Notes: a model not told the origin generated them from the sequence alone. Counted from the first letter of the stretch, positions 7,926 through 16,481 are shown. The stretch is 22,250 nt of DNA from a bacterium (GCA_043800755.1 JAZDMQ010000031.1:1-22250), one strand, 5' to 3'. Numbers and translations are program-made.

Positions 7926-8858
7926 TCACGGATATTGCCCGGGAGGAAGCGCCGCCCGAAGAGCCTTCATGGGGAGGCGCAGATCGACCGTCACGTCGCC
8001 CTCTTTGGTCCGCTCAACCGCGGTGGCCCGGGTCCGAAGCAGGAGGCGCTTGATCCGGTCCACAAGGCTGGGGTCGTCCTTCATCAGTTTGCCGAAGGTC
8101 ACCCCATCCCGGATCTCGATCAGCCGGAGAAATTCCAGCATTTTGGGAACAGCGGCCTGTCGGGCGGCTTGCTCGATGGAGCTCTGCGAAGGAGCCGAGG
8201 ATTCACGCCCGATCGCCCGCGCGGTCAAGGCATCCGCGATCCAGTCGATTTCGACTTCCACCTTCCAGGACGTTTGTTCCACGAGGACTGAGTCCCGACG
8301 CCCCTCACGGACTATTTCTCCCCCCTCCGTTGTTGGCTGAAGGGCAGATCCTGCCACTTCGATCCTCTGCCCCATAATGATGTTGCCCTTTACGCCCCCA
8401 AAGGTCTGCGAAGGACCCCTGGCACCCCCATAAGTGGCTCGCATCTCAAAGGGACCGTCGCCAATCCCGGTAAGTAGGATGCGACGGCCATTGCGCTCCT
8501 CCACATTTTTTACGGGAATCACGATGCTCTGCTTCATCGTAACGGCAGAGGACGGATCTGACGCATCCGAATAGAGGGTGAGCCCCTCCGGGTAGTAGTA
8601 GGTCCCCGGAACCTCATTCACGATCCCGGCCGGCCTCTCGCCAGAGCCGAGGAGGAAATCACGAAATCCGTTGAGGTCAATCGAACCCGAAGCACCGATC
8701 TTCCTTCCATCCGGCAGAACGACCATGGCAGCCACTGGAGAAAACCACTCATATGCCAAATACGGATAAATCCATGAGACCAAAGGAGGTTTCGAGGTGG
8801 CAATGAAATTTTCGTTATCTCCATATCCGGCAAATCGCCAAACCTCTGATGCGTTCAT
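7926..8858 (-). CDS. C-terminal segment of the split exported locus: SPV...PDGR beta-domain plus LPP20/FlgP-like C-terminal domain
   Basis: SPVAAMVVLPDGRKIG motif. The C-terminus EIDWIADALTARAIG...AARQAAVPKMLEFLRLIEIRDGVTFGKLM...EGDVTVDLRLPM resembles LPP20-type domains. ATG 8858 overlaps the upstream TGA (ATGA). No signal peptide or RBS. Confidence 0.65.
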   Translation of the reverse strand: MNASEVWRFAGYGDNENFIATSKPPLVSWIYPYLAYEWFSPVAAMVVLPDGRKIGASGSIDLNGFRDFLLGSGERPAGIVNEVPGTYYYPEGLTLYSDASDPSSAVTMKQSIVIPVKNVEERNGRRILLTGIGDGPFEMRATYGGARGPSQTFGGVKGNIIMGQRIEVAGSALQPTTEGGEIVREGRRDSVLVEQTSWKVEVEIDWIADALTARAIGRESSAPSQSSIEQAARQAAVPKMLEFLRLIEIRDGVTFGKLMKDDPSLVDRIKRLLLRTRATAVERTKEGDVTVDLRLPMKALRAALPPGQYP

Positions 8859-10537
8859 CGCCAAGAGTTCATTCCAAAGCGGGGCTTGCTTCCGGTCCAA
8901 CGACGGACACCAACCCACATCCCATATGCCTTATTCCATCGAGCATAATGTGTCCAGTGGTCGTTGACGAAGTTATGCGTGTCGAAGAGGCCGTAGAAAT
9001 GCCAGCCCCCGTTGTAAAACACCTCACTTGCCGCATCCTGCGCGTTCACGAAGTGCACAAATGCCACCATAATATTAACCTCTCTCGTGCAGATGCCGAG
9101 GGCGCGGAGCAAGGATCCCAGCAGATAGCTGTGTTCCTGACAAATAAAAAATCCTTGGTCGTTCCCCTTGCCGGGTCCATACTTCCCCAGCCAAATCTCC
9201 TCTGCAATGAGGTGATCATTTAAGAGGGTCTTGGGCCAGTTCTTTGGCATGAGCGCCTGATGGACGAATTTCACCACATTGTGGACAACCCGCTGCACAT
9301 CGTTTTCGGGGAACAACGGGCCATTTGGGTCCTGTTCCCCCATGGGGGAAAGTTGATCTGAGAAAATGGATTTCTTCGGCAGCAGCGCCTTCTCGCTTCC
9401 CCCATAACGGGCTGCACGGAAGGCAATGGCCCGCACGAGCTGGTTGCCCGGATGAGAGAAATGTACATCTCCCCGTTGGTGGTAATCGATACTGTCCGGG
9501 CTGCCAGGTGGCATGCCCGCGAGCTTCGTCAAGTCAGGGTAGCAAAGTCTCTGGACTTTCTCCCCCTTCCAGATTGCAGCCGTGCCTTCGAAGAGTTCCT
9601 TTCTGGTGCGTCTCGTCTCGACCTCATTTTGTACCTCTCCTGACACCTTCACTTGTATCGCGTCTTTGAGCTCAACTCCCTTCTCCGGAGATGGCTTCCG
9701 ATCGTCCTGTCTGCCGCCCACATCTGTCTGGATGAGATTCCTGAAGATCCATTCGTTCGTCTCCCCTGCAACCCGGATCCGAGCATCGAATTTCCAGGTG
9801 TCGTCCGGCCCGAGCGTCTGGTCATTGGAACGGGTCAGCTGACCTTCTGCATTCTCTCCTAAGAAGTGGATTACTTTCTTGTCTCGGAGATCCCCTTGGA
9901 ACGCAGCTTCGACCTTGATCGCGCTGAGGTTCACTTTCCGTGAAACATTCTTGATCTCGAAGCGGAGCAGGGCCTCATCTGCCGGTGCAAGCTGTTCGTC
10001 TTCATCGTCGAGCTCAACACGGACCACAATCTCCTTCCCACCCAATTCACTGGCTGGTTCTTCGGTTGGCCTCTCATCCCTCGGTGGCTCGGTCGGCCTC
10101 TCGCGGCTGGGTTGTTGCCCCTGCCACCTGGGATCATCACAGGAAACCCAGCGGCCATAAGGGGAGCAGAGCTCTATGCCCTTCTGGGCAAGGCCCTTGA
10201 GAACAGGACATAATTCGAAGTTGGTTGTGTACGGTCCGCCCACCAAGTCTCCCTCGTTGTGGAAGACGCCCCCATAGCCATCGGCGGTTTGGAACTTGCG
10301 GTCCCGGGGCGGCTCGTGGTGCATGATATAGCCGTCTTTGTCCACAGGGCCGTTCATCGTGTAGGTGCGGGTGATATGGATCAAGTACTGGAGCGGGAAG
10401 CGAACGGTGGGGATGCGTTGGAATTTGATCTCGCTGCCGACCCTATACTCCTTGCCGCCGATCTTGGCAACAAGGTAGGGCGCGTTCCGATAGGTGCGCT
10501 CTTCGGCCTCGGTCACCGCCTGCTCCAAGGCCTTCAT
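8855..10537 (-). CDS. Middle segment of the split exported locus with a transglutaminase-like domain
   Basis: ICQEHSYLLGSLLRALGICTREV...SEVFYNGGWHF fits the transglutaminase-like core pattern. Pro/Glu linker (ERPTEPPRDERPTEEP) and an Ig/CARDB-like segment (LRFEIKNVS) precede it. Confidence 0.75.
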   Translation of the reverse strand: MKALEQAVTEAEERTYRNAPYLVAKIGGKEYRVGSEIKFQRIPTVRFPLQYLIHITRTYTMNGPVDKDGYIMHHEPPRDRKFQTADGYGGVFHNEGDLVGGPYTTNFELCPVLKGLAQKGIELCSPYGRWVSCDDPRWQGQQPSRERPTEPPRDERPTEEPASELGGKEIVVRVELDDEDEQLAPADEALLRFEIKNVSRKVNLSAIKVEAAFQGDLRDKKVIHFLGENAEGQLTRSNDQTLGPDDTWKFDARIRVAGETNEWIFRNLIQTDVGGRQDDRKPSPEKGVELKDAIQVKVSGEVQNEVETRRTRKELFEGTAAIWKGEKVQRLCYPDLTKLAGMPPGSPDSIDYHQRGDVHFSHPGNQLVRAIAFRAARYGGSEKALLPKKSIFSDQLSPMGEQDPNGPLFPENDVQRVVHNVVKFVHQALMPKNWPKTLLNDHLIAEEIWLGKYGPGKGNDQGFFICQEHSYLLGSLLRALGICTREVNIMVAFVHFVNAQDAASEVFYNGGWHFYGLFDTHNFVNDHWTHYARWNKAYGMWVGVRRWTGSKPRFGMNSWR

Positions 10538-10543
10538 TGCCTC

Positions 10544-10807
10544 CTATTTATTGGGAAAGGGGCCAAGTATCTTCGTATTCTTGAGCAGCTCCGTGCTGGT
10601 TCCAGCCCCAGATTCTGATCTGCGTTGTTTGGGCTGGCGGAACTCGCTCATGGTGCCTATGTGCAGTCGGTCTACATCGTTGACCCAGACCACCCACAGG
10701 TTTTCGTCGCCCTGATTCTGGGGCTGTGCCTCTACCCCTCCAGAGGGTATGAGGCCGATAAAGAAAAGGGCAAGTAGTAGGGTGGAGACTCTCCGTGCTG
10801 GCACCAT
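10544..10807 (-). CDS. N-terminal segment of the split exported locus (signal peptide), ending at an in-frame TAG
   Basis: AGGAGG RBS and Sec signal MVPARRVSTLLLALFFIGLIPSGGVEA|Q. Same frame as ORF 8855-10537. Confidence 0.75.
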   Translation of the reverse strand: MVPARRVSTLLLALFFIGLIPSGGVEAQPQNQGDENLWVVWVNDVDRLHIGTMSEFRQPKQRRSESGAGTSTELLKNTKILGPFPNK

Positions 10808-11102
10808 CTCAGCCTCCTGGCAATGTGACCAGAATTTCCCATTTCCTCAATGAGAGAAGGGATTGGCGATGGATCTAATCTCTGCCGTCGTCCCGCAACC
10901 TCTCTGCCGTGTGCGGCTGCGACCTATTTGAATCTGGCACAAGATCTGTGGAGAAGTCGATCAATTTGGTGGAGGCAACATGCCGAAGAAAGATCAATGG
11001 GGGAGGCGATCTCTCGCCTGGATACGGGGGGATGGCTCTCCAGATGCATCTTCAGTGATTCGTCAGATTTCCCCCCCATCGCGACGGGGGGGAGGCAGCG
11101 AG

Positions 11103-11142
11103 AAACAGGGCCGTGGACGGACGCTTTCCCCTTCCACGGGCC
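11103..11142 (-). terminator. Possible terminator hairpin downstream of the M48 peptidase gene
   Basis: Minus strand CCGTGGA...TCCACGG followed by CCCTGTTTCT. A second C7/G7 hairpin lies at ~11070-11093. Confidence 0.4.
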
Positions 11143-11245
11143 AGAGTAGCCTATTCCTTCTAATCCCCCTCCCTGATAGGAAATTGACTTTCGTCCGTTC
11201 TCGAGGAAGCAGGAATCAGAAAAGAAGCCACGGGTGGGGCAATCC

Positions 11246-12082
11246 TCATTTGCCCCTATAGTACTTCATCGCTTCGGGTATCAAGGACTGGAGGTAGTTG
11301 ATCCGAGTCTCCGGGGCCGGGTGGGTCGATAAGAACTCTGGCGGCCGGCTCCCCCCTTCCTGGTTCATCCGTTGCCAGAAGGGAACTGCTCCCCTCGGGT
11401 CGTATCCGGCCATGGCCATCAAGACCAGACCGATTCGATCCGCCTCCGATTCGTGAAGACGGCTGTAAGGGAGCAAAATCCCCACATTGGCCGTCGCGCC
11501 GTAGACCGCCATGAAGATCTGGTTGGTGGCCGCAGGCTGCTTGGCGAGGGCCAGGGATAAGCCCATCCCACCGAGTTGAACCAAGAGGCTCTCGCTCATC
11601 CTCTCATTCCCGTGCTTGGCGATGGCATGGGCGATCTCGTGGCCCACCACCACCGCCAGGCCAGTCTCATCCTGGGTGAGCGGGAGGATGCCCGTATAGA
11701 CCGCCACCTTTCCTCCAGGCATACACCAGGCATTGACGGTCTTGTCATCCTCGATCAGGTTAAACTCCCATTTGTAGTTCTTGATATCCGATTCCATTCC
11801 CGAGTCCCGCAGGAATTGCTCCGTCGCCCCGGCAATCCTCTCTCCAGTCCTCTTCACCATCTGGACCTTGGCCGAATCGTGGGAAAGCTTGGATGTCTTC
11901 AGGATCTCGTCATACTGTTTGAGGCTTAACGAGAGCAACTCCGAATCAGAGACCAGCCGCAGGCTCTCCCTCCCGGTAAGAGGTACAGTAGCACAGGCAG
12001 AGAACAAGAGCAGGGTCCCAATCAGACAGGCGCCGAGAAGATGAGAAGTGAGCCGATTCTTTGTTTCTGGGGGAGTTGCCAT
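11246..12082 (-). CDS. M48-family zinc metallopeptidase lipoprotein (Oma1/LoiP-like)
   Basis: Lipobox LFSAC, VNAWCMPGGK, HEIAH zinc motif, YSRLHESEAD, FLSTHP. RBS GAGGAGG. Confidence 0.95.
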   Translation of the reverse strand: MATPPETKNRLTSHLLGACLIGTLLLFSACATVPLTGRESLRLVSDSELLSLSLKQYDEILKTSKLSHDSAKVQMVKRTGERIAGATEQFLRDSGMESDIKNYKWEFNLIEDDKTVNAWCMPGGKVAVYTGILPLTQDETGLAVVVGHEIAHAIAKHGNERMSESLLVQLGGMGLSLALAKQPAATNQIFMAVYGATANVGILLPYSRLHESEADRIGLVLMAMAGYDPRGAVPFWQRMNQEGGSRPPEFLSTHPAPETRINYLQSLIPEAMKYYRGK

Positions 12083-12327
12083 AAGACCCTCCTCGGACCT
12101 TGAGGAACAAAATCACACGGCCTGGACGCAAATTGCGGGCTTCCATGTTCGCCGTGGCCAGGGAAACCCAAATCTCGGATAGAGGCCTTGCCGTAAGGTC
12201 CGGTGCAATGGCCACCGAGGATCGACGAGCCTTCGTGAAATAGAGGAGTTGGATGGACGATGGCAGCGCCCCGCCCCGGTCAAACATGAACAGGGCGGGA
12301 CAGCGACAAGCGACTCCTAAGCCAGAC

Positions 12328-12984
12328 TCAGTCCACGATGAAGGCAGACTCTCTGGCATCGCTGCTGTTTCCTGACTGCACGGTGGTGATCACCCGGTAT
12401 TCGCCCCGGTGGGCGTTTCCCGGGAGGCCCAGCGGAATCTTGCTCTCGTAGGTTCCACCTTCCCGCTTGATGGTTACTTCGAGCTTTCCCTCCAGAATTC
12501 CCTCGTGGCGTACCTCTCGGATTTCGGTGACCTCCATGCTCGCCCCCTGCGGTCCGAGGACGGTATAAGTGGCTGCCAGCTCCACCGTACCCCCCGGGGC
12601 AACCGTATAAGGCGTTACACCTGCATTTTCAACCCTAACCAGATGCGCCTGTGTCTTGTTATAGCCATAGTCGTATTTCTTCTGTGCCTCCGCCTCGGTC
12701 TGTCTCTTGTCGTAGCCGTAGTGTCCTATGGCGGCCCCGGCCAGGCCACCCAACAGGGCACCGAGCACAATACCCACAGTGGTGTGCCCGGTCTTGGCTC
12801 CAATCACCCCTCCCACGACGCCGCCAGCTACCGCGCCGCCCCCTGCCCCCACTGCTGCGCCCTCATGCTCCTCAAGCACCCCGCTGCTCTTGCTCTCCTG
12901 GGACTTCTGGGTTGTTGCACACCCGCCGATGACCACTGATGAAAGAATCACCACCAAACTGACAGCGATCGCCCTCTTGAGCAT
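12328..12984 (-). CDS. Glycine-zipper lipoprotein
   Basis: Lipobox-like VIGGC, GxxxG zipper (GAAVGAGGGAVAGGVVGGVIG...GALLGGLAGAAIG) and a C-terminal beta-sandwich-like region. Confidence 0.88.
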   Translation of the reverse strand: MLKRAIAVSLVVILSSVVIGGCATTQKSQESKSSGVLEEHEGAAVGAGGGAVAGGVVGGVIGAKTGHTTVGIVLGALLGGLAGAAIGHYGYDKRQTEAEAQKKYDYGYNKTQAHLVRVENAGVTPYTVAPGGTVELAATYTVLGPQGASMEVTEIREVRHEGILEGKLEVTIKREGGTYESKIPLGLPGNAHRGEYRVITTVQSGNSSDARESAFIVD

Positions 12985-13250
12985 AATCCCCTTCTCTCCT
13001 TTGCTCCGTGGTTTCAGTCTGCGGTGGCATTAGGGCACTTGGCCTTGCTCGAGCCCTGGTGAGATTTCTGCTGTTGTGATAAAGGAAGATCTGTCACCTT
13101 AGACAAAGGCGGAGCTTGGTGGGAAGGTCTGCGCTGGCTTGGATGGCTCCACCTGCGGAGATTTTTACTACTCTTGGCTTCTCTTGTCAATTCATTTTGC
13201 CACCCCCCTTTTTGGCTGCCTTCTTACAATTATCCTGTCCGTGAAATCCC

Positions 13251-13278
13251 TTGAAATGGGTGAGAAATGACCTATAAT
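13251..13278 (+). promoter_or_regulatory. Sigma70-type promoter of the DUF763 operon
   Basis: TTGAAA-N16-TATAAT, with GGAGG RBS at 13301-13305 before ATG 13310. Confidence 0.65.
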
Positions 13279-13309
13279 GAGATAGATTTAAACTCCCAGA
13301 GGAGGTTTC

Positions 13310-13534
13310 ATGTCCTGTTATTTCCGCCACCTCAAAGAGGTCTTTTCTCAGGCCGGCATCGAGGTAACGCCCCAGAACAAGAAGGCAGTCGATCAGGCCC
13401 TGCACGAGCTGGTGGGCGTTCACTACAAGGCCTGCCCAGCGGCCTGGAAGGTCATCAAACAGAAATACCTGGCCGATGAGGCCGGGCGGGAAGCCCTGAT
13501 TGAGGCCCTCAAAGGCAAGGCCAAATCCCTATGA
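13310..13534 (+). CDS. Small hypothetical protein (74 aa, SCYFRH...CP motifs)
   Basis: GGAGG RBS; its stop overlaps the next start (ATGA at 13531-13534). Confidence 0.85.
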   Translation: MSCYFRHLKEVFSQAGIEVTPQNKKAVDQALHELVGVHYKACPAAWKVIKQKYLADEAGREALIEALKGKAKSL

Positions 13535-14604
13535 GGACCGGACTGGCCAACCTCCCTCTCCACCACGGGAAAGCGCCCCCTTGGCTCTTTCAATTGATGA
13601 AGTCCCTCTCGCGCGAGATATCTCTCTTGATCATCTCTGACCAAAGCCCCCAAGAGTATCTGCGCAGGCTCTCCGATCCCCACTGGTTTCAGGCCTTCGG
13701 CTGTGTCTTAGGATTTGACTGGCACTCCAGCGGGCTCACCACCACCGTCTGCGGGGCACTGAAGGAGGGAATCAAGGGCCTGGAGGAAGAGCTGGATCTC
13801 TATGTGGCAGGAGGTAAGGGGGCCGCCTCCCGCAAGACCCCCCTGGAGATCGAGGCCCAGGCCGCGCATTTACAGGCCAATCCCTCCGACCTCATCTATG
13901 CCAGTCGCATGGCGGCCAAGGTCGATTCGAATGCCTTACAGGACGGATATCAACTCTACCACCATTGCTTCTTCTTTACCTCGGGAGGGGATTGGGCCGT
14001 CATCCAGCAGGGCATGAATGAGACGACGCGCTATGCCCGCCGCTATCATTGGCTGGGGGAGGGATTGAGGGATTTCGTCTGCGAGCCCCAGTCGGCCATT
14101 TGCTGTGATCGCCAGGAGAAGGCGGTGATCGACCTGACTGCTTCGGAGAGCGAAGGGGCGCGAGGGGCTACAGCAGCCCTTTCCCGGGAGAAGCCCGAGA
14201 TACTGGTGGAGGAGCTAAAGCGAATTCAGAGCCTGGATTTACCGTCCCGACATCCCATCTCGGCCCAGGATATCCACCCGGAGAGGCTACAGGAGATCTT
14301 TTTAAAGGCTTATGAACTGCAGCCCCAGGGGTTCGAGGAGCTCTTGGGGGTCGCCGGGGTGGGCCCCAAGACCATCCGGGCCCTGGCCCTGATCGCAGAG
14401 GTCCTCTATGGCGCCTCCCCCTCCTTTCGCGACCCTGCCCGCTTCAGCTTTGCCCACGGCGGAAAGGATGGCCATCCCTATCCGGTGGATCGCCAAACCT
14501 ATTGTACCTCCATTGAGTTCTTGAAAAAGGCGATTGAGGCGGCCAAGATCGGACACTATGAGAAGATGAGGGCCCTTAAAAGACTCTCCCGATTCTATCC
14601 CTGA
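13531..14604 (+). CDS. DUF763 family protein
   Basis: Characteristic LPLHHGKAPPWLF, RLSDPHWFQAFGCVLGFDWHSSGLTT, QDGYQLYHH, QQGMN and FAHGGKDGHPYPVDR motifs; HhH-like GVGPKT. Confidence 0.93.
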   Translation: MRTGLANLPLHHGKAPPWLFQLMKSLSREISLLIISDQSPQEYLRRLSDPHWFQAFGCVLGFDWHSSGLTTTVCGALKEGIKGLEEELDLYVAGGKGAASRKTPLEIEAQAAHLQANPSDLIYASRMAAKVDSNALQDGYQLYHHCFFFTSGGDWAVIQQGMNETTRYARRYHWLGEGLRDFVCEPQSAICCDRQEKAVIDLTASESEGARGATAALSREKPEILVEELKRIQSLDLPSRHPISAQDIHPERLQEIFLKAYELQPQGFEELLGVAGVGPKTIRALALIAEVLYGASPSFRDPARFSFAHGGKDGHPYPVDRQTYCTSIEFLKKAIEAAKIGHYEKMRALKRLSRFYP

Positions 14605-14615
14605 AAGGAGAGGGC

Positions 14616-15740
14616 ATGAAGATCTTGGGCATCTATGGTTCTCCGCGGGCGGGGGGCAATACCGATATCCTGTTGGGGAGGTTCCTGGAAGGGGCGGCCT
14701 CCAAGGGGGCCGAGGTCATCTCCCTTTACCTCCGGGAAAAGTCCTTTTCACCCTGCCTGGAAATCTACGCCTGTACGAAGGGGGGTGAGTGCTGCCTCCG
14801 GGATGATATGGAGCAGATCTATCCCCTGCTGCGAGAGGCCGAGGTCATTGCCCTCGCCTCCCCGATCTTCTTTTACGGGGTGGGCGCCCAGGCTAAGGCC
14901 ATGATCGATCGCTGCCAATCGTTCTGGGTGGAGAAGTACCTCCTCAAGAGGCCGATCCGTCCCTCGGGACGGAGGGGAAAGGGGATTTTCCTGTCCGTGG
15001 CGGGCTCCCGGGGAGAGCGGGCCTTTGAGGGGGCCCTCCTCACGGTGAAGTATTTCTTCGACTGCCTGGAGGTTGATCTCTATCGCAGCCTGCTCTATCG
15101 AAAGATCGACGGCAAGGGGGAGATCCGAAACCATCCCACGGCCCTGGAGGAGGCCTTCTCCCTGGGGACGGAGGTGGCAGGAGAGGCAACTGTGGCGCCA
15201 GGGGCTGGGACCCAGGAGGTCGCGGGCTGGGAGAGATTAGACAGCCCCTCCCCCTGGTTGGGAATTCTCGCAGACTCTCACGATCACCTATCTCTTCTGA
15301 AAAAGGCGGTGGAGATCTGCAACCAGAGCCAGGTGGGCTTGATCCTCCACGCCGGAGATTATGTGGCTCCCTTTTCCATGGCCCCGCTGGAGGAACTCAA
15401 GGCCCCCTACCTCGGGGTATTCGGAAACAATGACGGGGAAAAGATAGGCCTTCAGAGTCGATCCGCGGGTAGGCTGAGGCCAGGGCCCCGCTTCTTGCAG
15501 GTCAACGGTCAGTCTATCCTTCTGGTACACGATCTGCAAGGGGGGTATCCCCAGGGGCCTTCGGGCCGGACCCTGCACCTGCTCGTCCACGGCCACACCC
15601 ACCGGCCGGAGATCAGAAGGGAGGCCTCCACCCTCTTATTCAATCCGGGTGAGGTGGGGGGTTGGCTCACCGGAAGAGCCACCATGGGCCTGTTTCATCT
15701 AGAGACGATGGAGGCGAAGATCATTGACCTTGCCCCTTGA
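14616..15740 (+). CDS. Fusion of iron-sulfur flavoprotein/NADPH-dependent FMN reductase (N-term) and YfcE/MJ0936-type metallophosphoesterase (C-term)
   Basis: N-term: GSPRAGGNT, PCLEIYAC...CCLRDDM, ASPIFF, KAMIDRCQ. C-term: DSHD, HAGD, GNND, VH, HGHTH, NPGE. One uninterrupted frame. Confidence 0.9.
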   Translation: MKILGIYGSPRAGGNTDILLGRFLEGAASKGAEVISLYLREKSFSPCLEIYACTKGGECCLRDDMEQIYPLLREAEVIALASPIFFYGVGAQAKAMIDRCQSFWVEKYLLKRPIRPSGRRGKGIFLSVAGSRGERAFEGALLTVKYFFDCLEVDLYRSLLYRKIDGKGEIRNHPTALEEAFSLGTEVAGEATVAPGAGTQEVAGWERLDSPSPWLGILADSHDHLSLLKKAVEICNQSQVGLILHAGDYVAPFSMAPLEELKAPYLGVFGNNDGEKIGLQSRSAGRLRPGPRFLQVNGQSILLVHDLQGGYPQGPSGRTLHLLVHGHTHRPEIRREASTLLFNPGEVGGWLTGRATMGLFHLETMEAKIIDLAP

Positions 15741-15754
15741 GCTGTGAGGATACT

Positions 15755-15789
15755 CGACGAAAATGACGGACGTTTCGCCACAATCGTCG
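15755..15789. promoter_or_regulatory. Putative enhancer (UAS) for the downstream NtrC-family regulator
   Basis: Inverted pair CGACGAaaatGACG (15755-15768) / CGCCacaaTCGTCG (15776-15789), ~100-130 bp upstream of a sigma54 promoter. Confidence 0.5.
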
Positions 15790-15887
15790 GGGGAGCTCAT
15801 CCCCTTAGTCTCCTTCCTGATCTCCCTCACCACCTTGCCCCCCCTCCGTGCAGGCATCTCTTGGGTATCCGGCAAGCAGCCCGACGC

Positions 15888-15903
15888 TGGCACGAATATT
15901 GCC
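15888..15903 (+). promoter_or_regulatory. Sigma54 (-24/-12) promoter
   Basis: TGGCACGAATATTGCC (GG-N10-GC), ~30 nt before ATG 15933 with GAGGAGG RBS. Confidence 0.85.
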
Positions 15904-15932
15904 GTTTTACACTCCAGAGAGGAGGTTGACAC

Positions 15933-16427
15933 ATGAGACACACCCTGATCTTTAGTCTCCTGATCGCCACTTTCCTTCTCCCCTCTCTGGCTTTCGGCCA
16001 GGACGCCCCCAAGATGCCAGAGGGATTGGGCTTCCAGAAACCCGAAGCATCCTGGTGGGGAAGCCTTTCCGCGACACAGAGGGAGGGGATTCAGGATTTG
16101 AACCGACGATTCCTCGATGAGGCGGCCCCCCTCTTAGGGTCCCTCTTCGCCCGCCGCATCGAGCTGCGGGCCCTCTGGTCCGATCCCAAGGCCAGCCCTG
16201 CCTTGATCGAGGCCAAAGAGAGGGAAGCGGTCGACCTTGGGCGCCAGATTCAGGAAAGGGCACTGAAATACCGTCTGCAGGCCCGCTCCCTCCTGACCCC
16301 AGAACAGGTCACCCAATTCCAAGGAGGATTCTGGCTTTTCCGCGGGCCGGGCATGGGAGGCCCGGGTCTAGAGAGGGAGAGGAGGAGAGGTCCTGGACGG
16401 GGAGGCTGGTGTTATCCCCGCCAGTGA
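15933..16427 (+). CDS. Spy/CpxP/ZraP-family periplasmic chaperone/sensor
   Basis: Signal peptide (...LAFG|Q), LSATQ and LLTPEQ (LTxxQ) motifs, Gly-rich tail; lies upstream of a two-component pair. Confidence 0.88.
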   Translation: MRHTLIFSLLIATFLLPSLAFGQDAPKMPEGLGFQKPEASWWGSLSATQREGIQDLNRRFLDEAAPLLGSLFARRIELRALWSDPKASPALIEAKEREAVDLGRQIQERALKYRLQARSLLTPEQVTQFQGGFWLFRGPGMGGPGLERERRRGPGRGGWCYPRQ

Positions 16428-16451
16428 CCTCGAAGGAGAGAGGGTGCCGGA

Positions 16452-16481
16452 TTGACAGCGGACGATTCCTTCGGGTATGCT
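16452..16481 (+). promoter_or_regulatory. Sigma70-type promoter for the two-component genes
   Basis: TTGACA-N18-TATGCT upstream of the GAGGAG RBS and TTG 16569. Confidence 0.55.

Noticed and set aside
8833..8857. Selenocysteine readthrough of the TGA ending the 560-aa ORF (selC fragment nearby, weak hairpin downstream)
   Set aside because: The in-frame continuation (THQRFGDLPDMEITK...) looks non-coding and stops at 8618. The recognisable motifs continue in a different frame.
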